NCBI GenBank assembly: GCA_041737355.1
Contig: JBGSRW010000010.1
Location: 3,935 to 67,934 of the forward strand
Reading direction: 5' to 3'
DNA: 64,000 nt
Origin: Patescibacteria group bacterium
GTDB lineage: Bacteria; Patescibacteriota; Patescibacteriia; XYB2-FULL-38-15
This document shows positions 7,679 through 16,109 of this stretch, piece by piece. The translations under genes were made by a program, and so were the position numbers. Within the stretch, counting starts at the first letter, position 1; each line of letters starts with the position of its first letter. Below the pieces are notes generated by a model. The model did no database searches. It saw only the letters and a list, made by a program, of their open reading frames with translations, and was not told where the DNA came from.

Positions 7679-7754
7679 AAAAGCACAATTGAAGAATCGT
7701 TTTTCGTGAGAGACTCTTCCTTTGGCAAGAGTTTTTTGTTCAAAAACCAACATT

Positions 7755-7976
7755 ATGGACATGGAAATTACAAAATATACATTTATCAGCGACTGGCGCG
7801 ACGCGGCCAAGGCCCAGGGGTACTTTGTCCCTTTTCAGCTCTGCAACGGGCTCGCGATCACCATGAAAAAACACAGCCTTAGCTTTGTCGAGGCTTTTGA
7901 ATACCTGACAAAACGCAATAAGATATTTTTGGACAATCTCGAGTTTTCCTACGACGGAAGCGGAGACGAGTTATAA
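7755..7976 (+). CDS. small hypothetical protein
   Basis: ATG in native AT-rich context (cattATG), between promoter and terminator. Confidence 0.65.
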   Translation: MDMEITKYTFISDWRDAAKAQGYFVPFQLCNGLAITMKKHSLSFVEAFEYLTKRNKIFLDNLEFSYDGSGDEL

Positions 7977-7991
7977 TTTTTAAAGAAGTTT

Positions 7992-8020
7992 GGCGCGGGG
8001 TATAATCCCCGCGCCTTTTT
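7992..8020 (+). terminator. intrinsic terminator, copy 1 of 23-nt repeat
   Basis: GGCGCGGGG-TATAAT-CCCCGCGCC-TTTTT. Confidence 0.8.
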
Positions 8021-8137
8021 GTTTTTGCTTTTAAATTAACGCCAAATATGCTAAAATTAGGCTGTAATCAATAAATACGCGGCAATGGTCGTAACCGCGT
8101 TTAGCCTAAAAACGGATAATTATTAAATTAAAAATAT

Positions 8138-8497
8138 ATGGATTCATCATACAGCTCGCGCTCTACCAAGCCGTTATACCGCAGCACCCAGATTGTCTGG
8201 TATATCGTCGGCCTCCTTGAAGTGCTTTTGGCGTTCAGGTTCGTTTTAAAACTTCTTGCCGCCAATCCCGCGGCCGGTTTTACCAGCTTTATTTACGCTG
8301 TCAGTTATATTTTTGCCGCGCCGTTCCTTGCCGTTTTCCGCGTCACAAAAGTTGAAGGAAGTATTTTCGAATGGACGACCCTTTTGGCCATGGCCGTTTA
8401 CGCGCTCGTTGCCTGGGGCGTTGTCAGGCTTTTGTTCATGAGCAAGACGGTCTCCACTCCGGAAGCCGCGGAAAAATTGAACGAAGAAAACAAGTAA
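8138..8497 (+). CDS. YggT-family membrane protein
   Basis: 'LLAFRFVLKLLAANPAAGFTSFIY..S..F.APF' pattern; TM helices. Confidence 0.75.
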   Translation: MDSSYSSRSTKPLYRSTQIVWYIVGLLEVLLAFRFVLKLLAANPAAGFTSFIYAVSYIFAAPFLAVFRVTKVEGSIFEWTTLLAMAVYALVAWGVVRLLFMSKTVSTPEAAEKLNEENK

Positions 8498-8525
8498 TTT
8501 TTTCAAAAGTTAAAAGACAAAATTT

Positions 8526-8774
8526 ATGGGAATTATTCTTTGGATTATTTTCGGGGGACTGGTCGGCTGGGTCGCCTCCATGATTATGAAGACCAATGCG
8601 CAGCAGGGCATTATCCTGAATGTCATCGTCGGCATTGTCGGCGCGGTATTGGGCGGCTGGATCATGAGCTTATTCGGTAAAAGCGGGGTGGGTACTTTTA
8701 ATTTGTACAGTTTCCTCGTGGCGCTGCTCGGAGCAATTGTCCTTGTCGCGATTGTGAAGGCCTTGAGGCGTTAA
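8526..8774 (+). CDS. GlsB/YeaQ/YmgE (transglycosylase-associated) membrane protein
   Basis: 'WIIFGGLVGWVAS...NVIVGIVGAVLGG...ALLGAIVL'. Confidence 0.9.
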   Translation: MGIILWIIFGGLVGWVASMIMKTNAQQGIILNVIVGIVGAVLGGWIMSLFGKSGVGTFNLYSFLVALLGAIVLVAIVKALRR

Positions 8775-8794
8775 AGATATAGAATAAATTAGAG

Positions 8795-8822
8795 GGCGCG
8801 GGGTATAATCCCCGCGCTTTTT
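8795..8822 (+). terminator. intrinsic terminator, copy 2 of 23-nt repeat
   Basis: GGCGCGGGGTATAATCCCCGCGC identical to 7992-8014, plus T-tract. Confidence 0.8.
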
Positions 8823-8890
8823 GGTAAAAAAAAGGAGAGGGGCGCGGGGCGCTCCCTCTCGGGGGTTTGATGTTGTCCGGATGGGGCGGG

Positions 8891-9214
8891 CTAGTAGCGG
8901 ACGGTGCACTTCCGGCAGTCAGGAAGGACGGCCTTGGACATCGTGTCCATGATCGCCTCGACCTGGTGCCGGCGTGCCTCTTTGCGCGCCTGGAAGGCGT
9001 TCACGAGCTGGACCTTGAGGCCGGTCTGCTCCTCGTCCGGCACGTCCTGGAGTACGAGCATCGCGTCGAGGTGTCCGGCGCAGAAGGCGAGATCGACCGG
9101 CATCGGGCCGAGCGTGGCGACTTCCTTGCCGGACTTGCGGAGAATGACGTTGCATTCGCAGCCGCAGCCGCAGAAAAGAACCTCGATCGTGTAGGTCAAA
9201 AGTTCGATTCCCAT
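8891..9214 (-). CDS. GC-rich hypothetical protein with CGCGCEC and CxxC motifs
   Basis: SD AAGGAGGAG before ATG 9214; own TTGACA-17-TATATT promoter (from 9316) and terminator (~8826-8860). Confidence 0.75.
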   Translation of the reverse strand: MGIELLTYTIEVLFCGCGCECNVILRKSGKEVATLGPMPVDLAFCAGHLDAMLVLQDVPDEEQTGLKVQLVNAFQARKEARRHQVEAIMDTMSKAVLPDCRKCTVRY

Positions 9215-9280
9215 CTTTTTTCTCCTCCTTCTTTTTCCGCCGGGGCTTTTCGCCCGGGCGGCTAATCCTAATTTCAGGAT
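9215..9280 (-). promoter_or_regulatory. structured 5' leader (two hairpins plus SD), shared with purA leader
   Basis: ATCCTGAAATTAGGAT and GCCGCCCGGGCGAAAAGCCCCGGCGG hairpins, then AAGGAGGAGA. Confidence 0.7.
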
Positions 9281-9390
9281 ACCCCTTAATATATCATTTT
9301 TTCGGTCAATTGTCAACCCCCGCGCTTTGACTTTAAGCCAGGTTTTTGGGATAATTGAGGAAAGAATTCTATTAATTTATTTCATAAAAT

Positions 9391-12300
9391 ATGAATGGTC
9401 AATTCGTAAAAGAATATATAGTTACGGTTTCCGAAAAATACAAAACCGGCCAAGCCAAAGAGCACGCTTACCGTCCGGCGCTAGAAAAGTTGTTTCAAGA
9501 TATTACTGGTCTTGAGGTAATTAATGATCCAAAACAGAGCGAATATGGTGCGCCGGATTTTGTTTTTATAAAAGATAAACTCGCTTTGGCTTATGCGGAA
9601 GCTAAAGATGTCAAAGTGTCTCTTGACGAAATTGAAAAAAGCGAACAGGTCGTCAGATATTTTGGTTACTCGAACTTGATTTTAACCAATTATCTTGAAT
9701 TCAGATTTTTTCGCAATGGAGAAAAATATGGTGAACCAATAAAAATTGCCGAAATTATAGATAACAAAATAATACCGGCCGAAAGCAGCACTCATTTGCA
9801 GGATGAAATTGCGGAATTTATCGCTCAAGCTAAAGAACCGATAAAATCAGGCGCTTTGTTGGCAAAAGTTATGGCTGGAAAAGCCCGTCGTATTCGTGAT
9901 AATATCAGTGTTTTTTTGGCAAAGGATGGCCCCGAAAATCAAAGTTTGATGGATATTTACAATGTTATAAGAAAAATGCTTCTCCCGGATTTGGATTATG
10001 AGCGATTTGCGGATATGTATGCGCAAACCGTTGTTTATGGTTTGTTTGTCGCTCGATATCATGATGAATCACCAGGGACATTTTCCCGACAGGAGGCGCG
10101 CGATTTGATGCCGGCGTCAAATCCGTTTTTACGTGAATTTTTTAACCACATCGCCGGTCCATCATACGATCCGCGCATAGAATTTATTGTGAAGGAACTT
10201 TGTGAAGAATTCGGGCATGCCGATGTGTCAGCCATTGTCCATAATTATTATAAAACTGAAAAAGATAATAATCGCGATCCGATAATTCATTTCTATGAAG
10301 ATTTTTTGAAGGAGTATGATCCTAAATCGCGCATGAAATTAGGTGTTTTCTATACGCCATTGCCGGTTGCCCGTTTCATTGTACGTTCAGTAGATGAAAT
10401 TTTAAAAAAAGATTTTAAGTTAGCCGGGCTGTCTGATTCTTCTGAAATCGAAATAAAAAAACAAATCCAAAATAATAAAGTTAAAGCGACCGAACGTGTC
10501 CATAAGGTGCAAATTTTGGATCCCGCGACCGGGACAGGAACATTTCTCAATGAAGTTATTTCACTTGTCCATGAATCATTCGTCGGGCAAGAAGGCAGAT
10601 GGCCAAGCTATGTTCGAGAAGATTTTTTACCGCGCTTGCATGGTTTTGAATTGATGATGGCCTCTTATGTTATTGCGCATTTAAAACTTTCGTCGTCTTT
10701 CAAGGAAACAGGCGTGGATTTGGATGGTACATGGTTAGGCGTCTATCTCACAAATTCTTTGGAAAAAGCAAAAAAAGAAGACGATACTCTATTTGCCGGA
10801 TTGGGATTTGATAAGGCAATTACAGCTGAATCAAAGGCTGCTGGAAAGATAAAGACGGAGTTGCCAATTATGGTAGTGCTAGGGAACCCGCCTTATAGCG
10901 GAGTTTCGTCGAATGAAACGGAATATGCCAATAGCCTCGTGGAAAAATACAAAGTTGAACCAGGCGGAAAGCAAAAATTGCAAGAACGTAAACACTGGCT
11001 GAATGACGATTATGTAAAATTTATCGCCTTGGCCGAGAACATGGTTGAAAAAAACGGCGAAGGCATCGTGGGTTACATTACAAACCATGGCTATCTTGAC
11101 AATCAGACCTTCCGCGGCATGCGCTGGCATCTCATGGATACTTTTGATTCGATATATGTGTTCGATCTCCATGGAAATGCGAAGAAGCACGAAGTTTCGC
11201 CGGACGGCAGCAAGGATGAAAATGTATTTGATATCCAGCAAGGCGTGGCGATTATAATTGCCGTTAAGACAGGAGTGAAAAAGGCCGGAAACTTGGCAAA
11301 AGTGTATCGGGCTGATCTGTGGGGAAAGAGAGAGCATAAATTTGAACGGCTTAACGAACTTTCGATTGAAAACACAAAATGGCTATCGCTCAAACCTCGA
11401 ACGCCCTATTTATTTTTTGCGCCGGAAGGCTCGATGAAACTTGAGACTGAATATCAAATCGGATTTAGTATAAACGAACTTTTTGTTGAAAATAGCACCG
11501 GTATTGTAACTATGGGGGACGGTTTTATTATTGGCGAAGATAAAGAATCGCTTGAAAACAGAGTCGTGAATTTTTTACGCGATGATGATTCAGAAAATAT
11601 ACTGAAAGAAAACTTTAACCTAGGTAAAAATTACGCAAAGTGGATTATCGGCAACAAAAAAGATATCGTAGTTGATCATGATAAAATTACTACATTTTCT
11701 TATCGTCCGTTTGATGATAGATATACCTATTTTGATAACAAGCTTGTCTGGCGGCCGCGTACAAAGATTATGCGAAATTTTGTTAAAAAAAATAACATAG
11801 GGTTGATTGCAACAAGGCTTAATCGTCAGTTAAGTAGCGGTTATTTTTTCTTAACAAGTAAAATTGTAGATTTTCACATATTGGATAGCGCTGGAGATTC
11901 AACATCTGCTTTTCCACTTTATCTTTATTTTGAAGATGGCACAAAAAGTTCTAATCTTAAAAAAGAAATGGTATCAGAAATTGAAAAAATCGTCGGGGAT
12001 GTTGTACCCGAAAATATTTTCGATTATATCTATGCGGTTTTGCATTCGCCGAGTTATCGAGAAAAATACAAAGAGTTTTTGAAAATAGATTTTCCGCGCG
12101 TGCCATATCCGAAAAATGAGAAACAATTTTTCGCGTTAGCCAAGTTGGGCGAGGAGTTGCGGCATTTGCACTTGCTGGAAAGTCCAAAAGTTGAAAAATT
12201 TATCACTACTTATCCCGAGGCGGGAGAGAATTTGGTGGAGAAAGTCGTCTACAAAGACGGCAAAGTTTACATCAACGCTTCGCAATATTTTGGCGGCGTG

Positions 12301-12477
12301 CCGGAAGTCGCGTGGGATTTTTACATCGGCGGTTATCAGCCGGCGCAGAAATGGCTGAAAGATCGCAAAGGCCGCAAGCTCACGAATGCCGATATTGAAC
12401 ATTATCAGAAAATCATCGTGGCACTCGTTGAGACGGATAGAATAATGAAGGAAATCGACAAAAATATATCCATCTAA
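9391..12477 (+). CDS. fused restriction-modification enzyme (type IIG-like: PD-(D/E)XK REase, N6-adenine MTase, ISP-type C-terminal specificity domain)
   Basis: GAPDF...AEAK nuclease motif; ILDPATGTGTF (motif I); VLGNPPY (motif IV); C-terminal YRPFD, DFPRVP, IGGYQPAQKWLKDRKGR. Confidence 0.9.
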   Translation: MNGQFVKEYIVTVSEKYKTGQAKEHAYRPALEKLFQDITGLEVINDPKQSEYGAPDFVFIKDKLALAYAEAKDVKVSLDEIEKSEQVVRYFGYSNLILTNYLEFRFFRNGEKYGEPIKIAEIIDNKIIPAESSTHLQDEIAEFIAQAKEPIKSGALLAKVMAGKARRIRDNISVFLAKDGPENQSLMDIYNVIRKMLLPDLDYERFADMYAQTVVYGLFVARYHDESPGTFSRQEARDLMPASNPFLREFFNHIAGPSYDPRIEFIVKELCEEFGHADVSAIVHNYYKTEKDNNRDPIIHFYEDFLKEYDPKSRMKLGVFYTPLPVARFIVRSVDEILKKDFKLAGLSDSSEIEIKKQIQNNKVKATERVHKVQILDPATGTGTFLNEVISLVHESFVGQEGRWPSYVREDFLPRLHGFELMMASYVIAHLKLSSSFKETGVDLDGTWLGVYLTNSLEKAKKEDDTLFAGLGFDKAITAESKAAGKIKTELPIMVVLGNPPYSGVSSNETEYANSLVEKYKVEPGGKQKLQERKHWLNDDYVKFIALAENMVEKNGEGIVGYITNHGYLDNQTFRGMRWHLMDTFDSIYVFDLHGNAKKHEVSPDGSKDENVFDIQQGVAIIIAVKTGVKKAGNLAKVYRADLWGKREHKFERLNELSIENTKWLSLKPRTPYLFFAPEGSMKLETEYQIGFSINELFVENSTGIVTMGDGFIIGEDKESLENRVVNFLRDDDSENILKENFNLGKNYAKWIIGNKKDIVVDHDKITTFSYRPFDDRYTYFDNKLVWRPRTKIMRNFVKKNNIGLIATRLNRQLSSGYFFLTSKIVDFHILDSAGDSTSAFPLYLYFEDGTKSSNLKKEMVSEIEKIVGDVVPENIFDYIYAVLHSPSYREKYKEFLKIDFPRVPYPKNEKQFFALAKLGEELRHLHLLESPKVEKFITTYPEAGENLVEKVVYKDGKVYINASQYFGGVPEVAWDFYIGGYQPAQKWLKDRKGRKLTNADIEHYQKIIVALVETDRIMKEIDKNISI

Positions 12478-12478
12478 T

Positions 12479-12895
12479 ATGTACGAAGAAAATGGCAACG
12501 TAATAAATATAAAAGCAGCTAGGTTGAGCGCTGATCCCAGGATAGTCGGATTATTTACAAAGGATAAAAGATTGATAGAAAAAGTTATTTATTGTGTTTT
12601 CTATCCAAAAAAAGAGTTGCATGTTTATCGGGAGAGTTCGGAAGAAAAAGGTGAATATAGTTGCGAGATTTATGATTTTGAAGATGTGGTTCCAAAATTT
12701 AGGGAAAAATTAGGTGAAAAATTTGTCAGAGAAGATGGTGTCGAGAGCCTAGAACAAAATCAGCTCATCAAAAAATTTTTTATTGCGGGCATTAAATTAT
12801 TCAGTTATGAAAATATTACAGAAGAGGATAGAAAAATAATTGAGGAAATTTTTATTTCCGCAAAAAGAAAAGTTGATGAGAGAATTAAAGGGTAA
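12479..12895 (+). CDS. hypothetical protein in defence island
   Basis: 138-aa AT-rich ORF 1 nt after the R-M gene. Confidence 0.7.
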   Translation: MYEENGNVINIKAARLSADPRIVGLFTKDKRLIEKVIYCVFYPKKELHVYRESSEEKGEYSCEIYDFEDVVPKFREKLGEKFVREDGVESLEQNQLIKKFFIAGIKLFSYENITEEDRKIIEEIFISAKRKVDERIKG

Positions 12896-12919
12896 TTTAA
12901 TTTTTTTTGAAATAAATTA

Positions 12920-14338
12920 ATGGAAATAGACTTTGGCACAATTGCTGATAAAATATCGTACGACAAATACGAAGATATTGACAGCAAGATAAGAGATGAT
13001 TTGGGTTTGGACCAGGCCATGGACTTTATATCCAACAAGATTGCTCCCCAGGTTAATACGAGATTATTAAACGTCGCCTACCTGCCCTATCTTTTGTCCG
13101 GAGTTGATTTCGCCTCTAACCAGGTTAAAATTTATCAGCAAAATAATAAAATAAAGGATCGCGCTCAATTGAGAAGGCGATTTTTATTTTGGCTTGACTT
13201 GTTCGAGTTCTGCTTGGCCTGGACTTTCAAAGAAAATAATGAAAAATCTTTTATTGGAATGCAAAAAAATCAATTTGAAAAAAATATTTTTTTAGAATTT
13301 TTAAATAACCTGGCTAATACTGATCTAAAAAAAGATCTATCCTTTCGGGGTAAATTTTTAACTAGCCGGCTTTCTTACGCTTTTGACAGGCATAAATATA
13401 CTATGCAAATGTTGGGTTTAGTTGAGCCGATGCAGGGTACGCATAGCGTTTATCAGGTCAGTAATGTTGATTGTTTGAAAGATTCTCCACTTTATAAAAC
13501 CATGAGATACCTTAATTACGAGTTATCTCCCAACGAGGTCGTAAAAAGTTTTTATAAAGCGTATTTTGAAAAAAATAAAAAAAATATAACCTTAAAAAAT
13601 AAAAAATTTGGCCGAAAACTCTGGGACGATATTTTATTTGACGAAGTGACACTTAAACAATTTTTGCCAGAATATTTGCCGGCCATAGCCATGAGAGATA
13701 TTAGTTACGATAAGATTATCGCCAATACAATTGAACTCAAGAAAAAAATAGAAACCAGCAAGGGAGAAATTTTTTCTCGAGAGCTTATTTCCAGGGATGA
13801 GTATAAAAAGCTTTTGGGAAAGATTGACTTTTCAGCCAAAAAACTTGATCCGAATGTAGATTTATTTTTAGCTCTGCTCAGGATTCTCAATTATTTTTAT
13901 TATACGCCCAGGCAGATGCTGAATGAAATCAACAGGATGATAAAAAACGATAATTACGCGACCCTGGATAAAGTTAAAAATAGGCTGATAAAAACATATG
14001 AATGGCAGGAGAAAAGCCGGGATTTTAACGATGGGAAAATGACAAAATTTCTCGGGAAAATAGCTGAGATAGATGATACTTTTGGAAGTGTCTTAGATTT
14101 CTTGAAAAGTTTTTATAAAAAAGAAAACCAGCATGATCCGTTAAATTTGATAAAGGTTTTAGGAGAAAGAGTTTCGCGGGTTAAGGGATTAGGTGGACAA
14201 GTTTATTCAGTGTCCAATAACCAGATATCTATTAATGACCAGGAATATAGGGAAAAATTTAAAATTGCTACCACGATTGAGCCTTATTATTCGCGCTTAG
14301 GCATTTTAAAAATGATTTATCGGCAATGCCATGAATAA
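12920..14338 (+). CDS. hypothetical protein, distantly DUF6361-like
   Basis: N-terminal 'DDLGL...IAPQVNT......Y' and later 'FIG' and 'MLGL' pattern; overlaps next gene. Confidence 0.6.
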   Translation: MEIDFGTIADKISYDKYEDIDSKIRDDLGLDQAMDFISNKIAPQVNTRLLNVAYLPYLLSGVDFASNQVKIYQQNNKIKDRAQLRRRFLFWLDLFEFCLAWTFKENNEKSFIGMQKNQFEKNIFLEFLNNLANTDLKKDLSFRGKFLTSRLSYAFDRHKYTMQMLGLVEPMQGTHSVYQVSNVDCLKDSPLYKTMRYLNYELSPNEVVKSFYKAYFEKNKKNITLKNKKFGRKLWDDILFDEVTLKQFLPEYLPAIAMRDISYDKIIANTIELKKKIETSKGEIFSRELISRDEYKKLLGKIDFSAKKLDPNVDLFLALLRILNYFYYTPRQMLNEINRMIKNDNYATLDKVKNRLIKTYEWQEKSRDFNDGKMTKFLGKIAEIDDTFGSVLDFLKSFYKKENQHDPLNLIKVLGERVSRVKGLGGQVYSVSNNQISINDQEYREKFKIATTIEPYYSRLGILKMIYRQCHE

Positions 14339-16100
14339 TTTTTCTAAAAGCAGCAAGGTTAAAGACATTTTTAAAAAGCCCAAAGGCTTTGAGCTGAAAG
14401 AGGCAATTGTCTTTACCTATTCCCTGGAAAGCAGTTTTTTGTATGATGCCTTTTTGCCTTTTTTATGCAATAACAATACCGGCGAATGGATCAGGGATAG
14501 GTCTAACCATCTGAAAGTTTTTATAAACTCCAGCAGCCTGTCGGGCGAATTGCCTTTAAATTTATTAGGCAATATAAATCAGATTAAGACAGCTGAAAAT
14601 TCTTCTTTCCATCCTAAAATTTATTTTTTTAAATATCGAAAAGATAAAAAAGTTTTTTGTCAGATGGTTCTCGGCTCTTTCAACCTGACGGCAGACGGCT
14701 TTAATCAGAATAATGAATTCTACGCCTCGTTGTCAGGCGGGAAGAAGAACAAGTCAGGGCAGAAGCAAAAGCAGAGCTTGATAAAGTTTGTCGAGTTAGC
14801 TTTAAACGCTGCACTGGCGCTCGCTCCCAGCGAACGGAGAGAAAATCTGGCAAGAATAAAATCAATCATTGAATTTTTGGATTGGCCTGATGGGGTAGAA
14901 TTTTATTTTACCGCACCTAAATATTCAGGAAAGGAGATGGGTTTTTCGGGAAATAAATGTATTATGGTTTCTCCCTTTTGGGACGCCGCTGCCATCAACC
15001 GTTTGTCGAAGAATGCCAAACAAGTGTCATTATATTATAATTATCTATCCGAGGCCGACGCAGCGCCTTTTGAGCCGAAAAAAATAGAAGGATCAAATAA
15101 ATTTTCCTGTTTCCAGCTGAACGAAAAAAAATTAGACAAAAAGAAGCTGCACGGGAAATTATATTATTTTGGTGACGAAAAGTTCGGAAATATTTATCTT
15201 GGTTCCGCAAATTGCACGAGCAGGGCGGTTATCAGGGGGAAAAATTATGAAGCCGGCCTAGTTTTTAAGGCTAATTATCAACATTTGAAAAACTGGCTAG
15301 ACGATAAATTTAAAAAAGTTGAATTTCCCCAAAATTATTATCAAGATAAGCTAGCTGAAGACAAAAATAAAAAAGATTATGACAATGTTTATAATATGCT
15401 GGAGGCCGGGTTTTTTGTCCAAAACTCAAAAATGGCTGTAGTTATTAAAATCGAAAAACCCGAGATGTTAAAAAAATATAAGCTTACTTGTCATGACCGG
15501 CCCATTGATGATTCGCCCTTCCAAATCCCAATAGGGGAGACAAAAAATTTACCAGGCTCAATTGAAGTATTGATAAGTGAAACTTCCTACCAGTTACCAA
15601 TATCAGGTACGTATGAGCAAGAGCGGGGACCAATTAAATATCTGGATTATGAGGGCTGGTATAACTTCAAAAAAAATTACATTTCCTTGAAGTGTAATTC
15701 GCCGGAGGATCTGTTGGATTTGTATCTGGATAATATTGCCATTGATGATTTTTTTGAATTTGGCGGAGAGATGATGTTTAACAGCAATTGGCGCGAAAGA
15801 AAATTTCCTTACAAAAAATTAATGGAGCTACTTTATGGCAGCCCTGTTTTGGCAAAAATTAATTTATCTAGCAGATGCCTCAATTTTATTGAAGGCTTAG
15901 CAGCCCGGGACGATTTTGGCGAAAGAAAGAGAGGAGTTTTTTTTGCTGATTTTGAAAATTATGACAATGAAAAAGAATACCGCGATGCCTTTTTTGTTTA
16001 CTGGAAAAAATATCTGAACGAGAATAAAAAATCCCTTGACCGTGAATCGCGGATAAAAGTAAAAAAGCTGCTTGTAAAAATAGAGGCCTTGAGAAAATAA
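14331..16100 (+). CDS. phospholipase D-like (HKD) nuclease-family protein
   Basis: FTYSLE; FHPKIY...LGSFNLT; LHGKLY...LGSANCT (two HxK...GSxN motifs). Confidence 0.85.
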   Translation: MNNFSKSSKVKDIFKKPKGFELKEAIVFTYSLESSFLYDAFLPFLCNNNTGEWIRDRSNHLKVFINSSSLSGELPLNLLGNINQIKTAENSSFHPKIYFFKYRKDKKVFCQMVLGSFNLTADGFNQNNEFYASLSGGKKNKSGQKQKQSLIKFVELALNAALALAPSERRENLARIKSIIEFLDWPDGVEFYFTAPKYSGKEMGFSGNKCIMVSPFWDAAAINRLSKNAKQVSLYYNYLSEADAAPFEPKKIEGSNKFSCFQLNEKKLDKKKLHGKLYYFGDEKFGNIYLGSANCTSRAVIRGKNYEAGLVFKANYQHLKNWLDDKFKKVEFPQNYYQDKLAEDKNKKDYDNVYNMLEAGFFVQNSKMAVVIKIEKPEMLKKYKLTCHDRPIDDSPFQIPIGETKNLPGSIEVLISETSYQLPISGTYEQERGPIKYLDYEGWYNFKKNYISLKCNSPEDLLDLYLDNIAIDDFFEFGGEMMFNSNWRERKFPYKKLMELLYGSPVLAKINLSSRCLNFIEGLAARDDFGERKRGVFFADFENYDNEKEYRDAFFVYWKKYLNENKKSLDRESRIKVKKLLVKIEALRK

Positions 16101-16109
16101 TTTTTTTAA

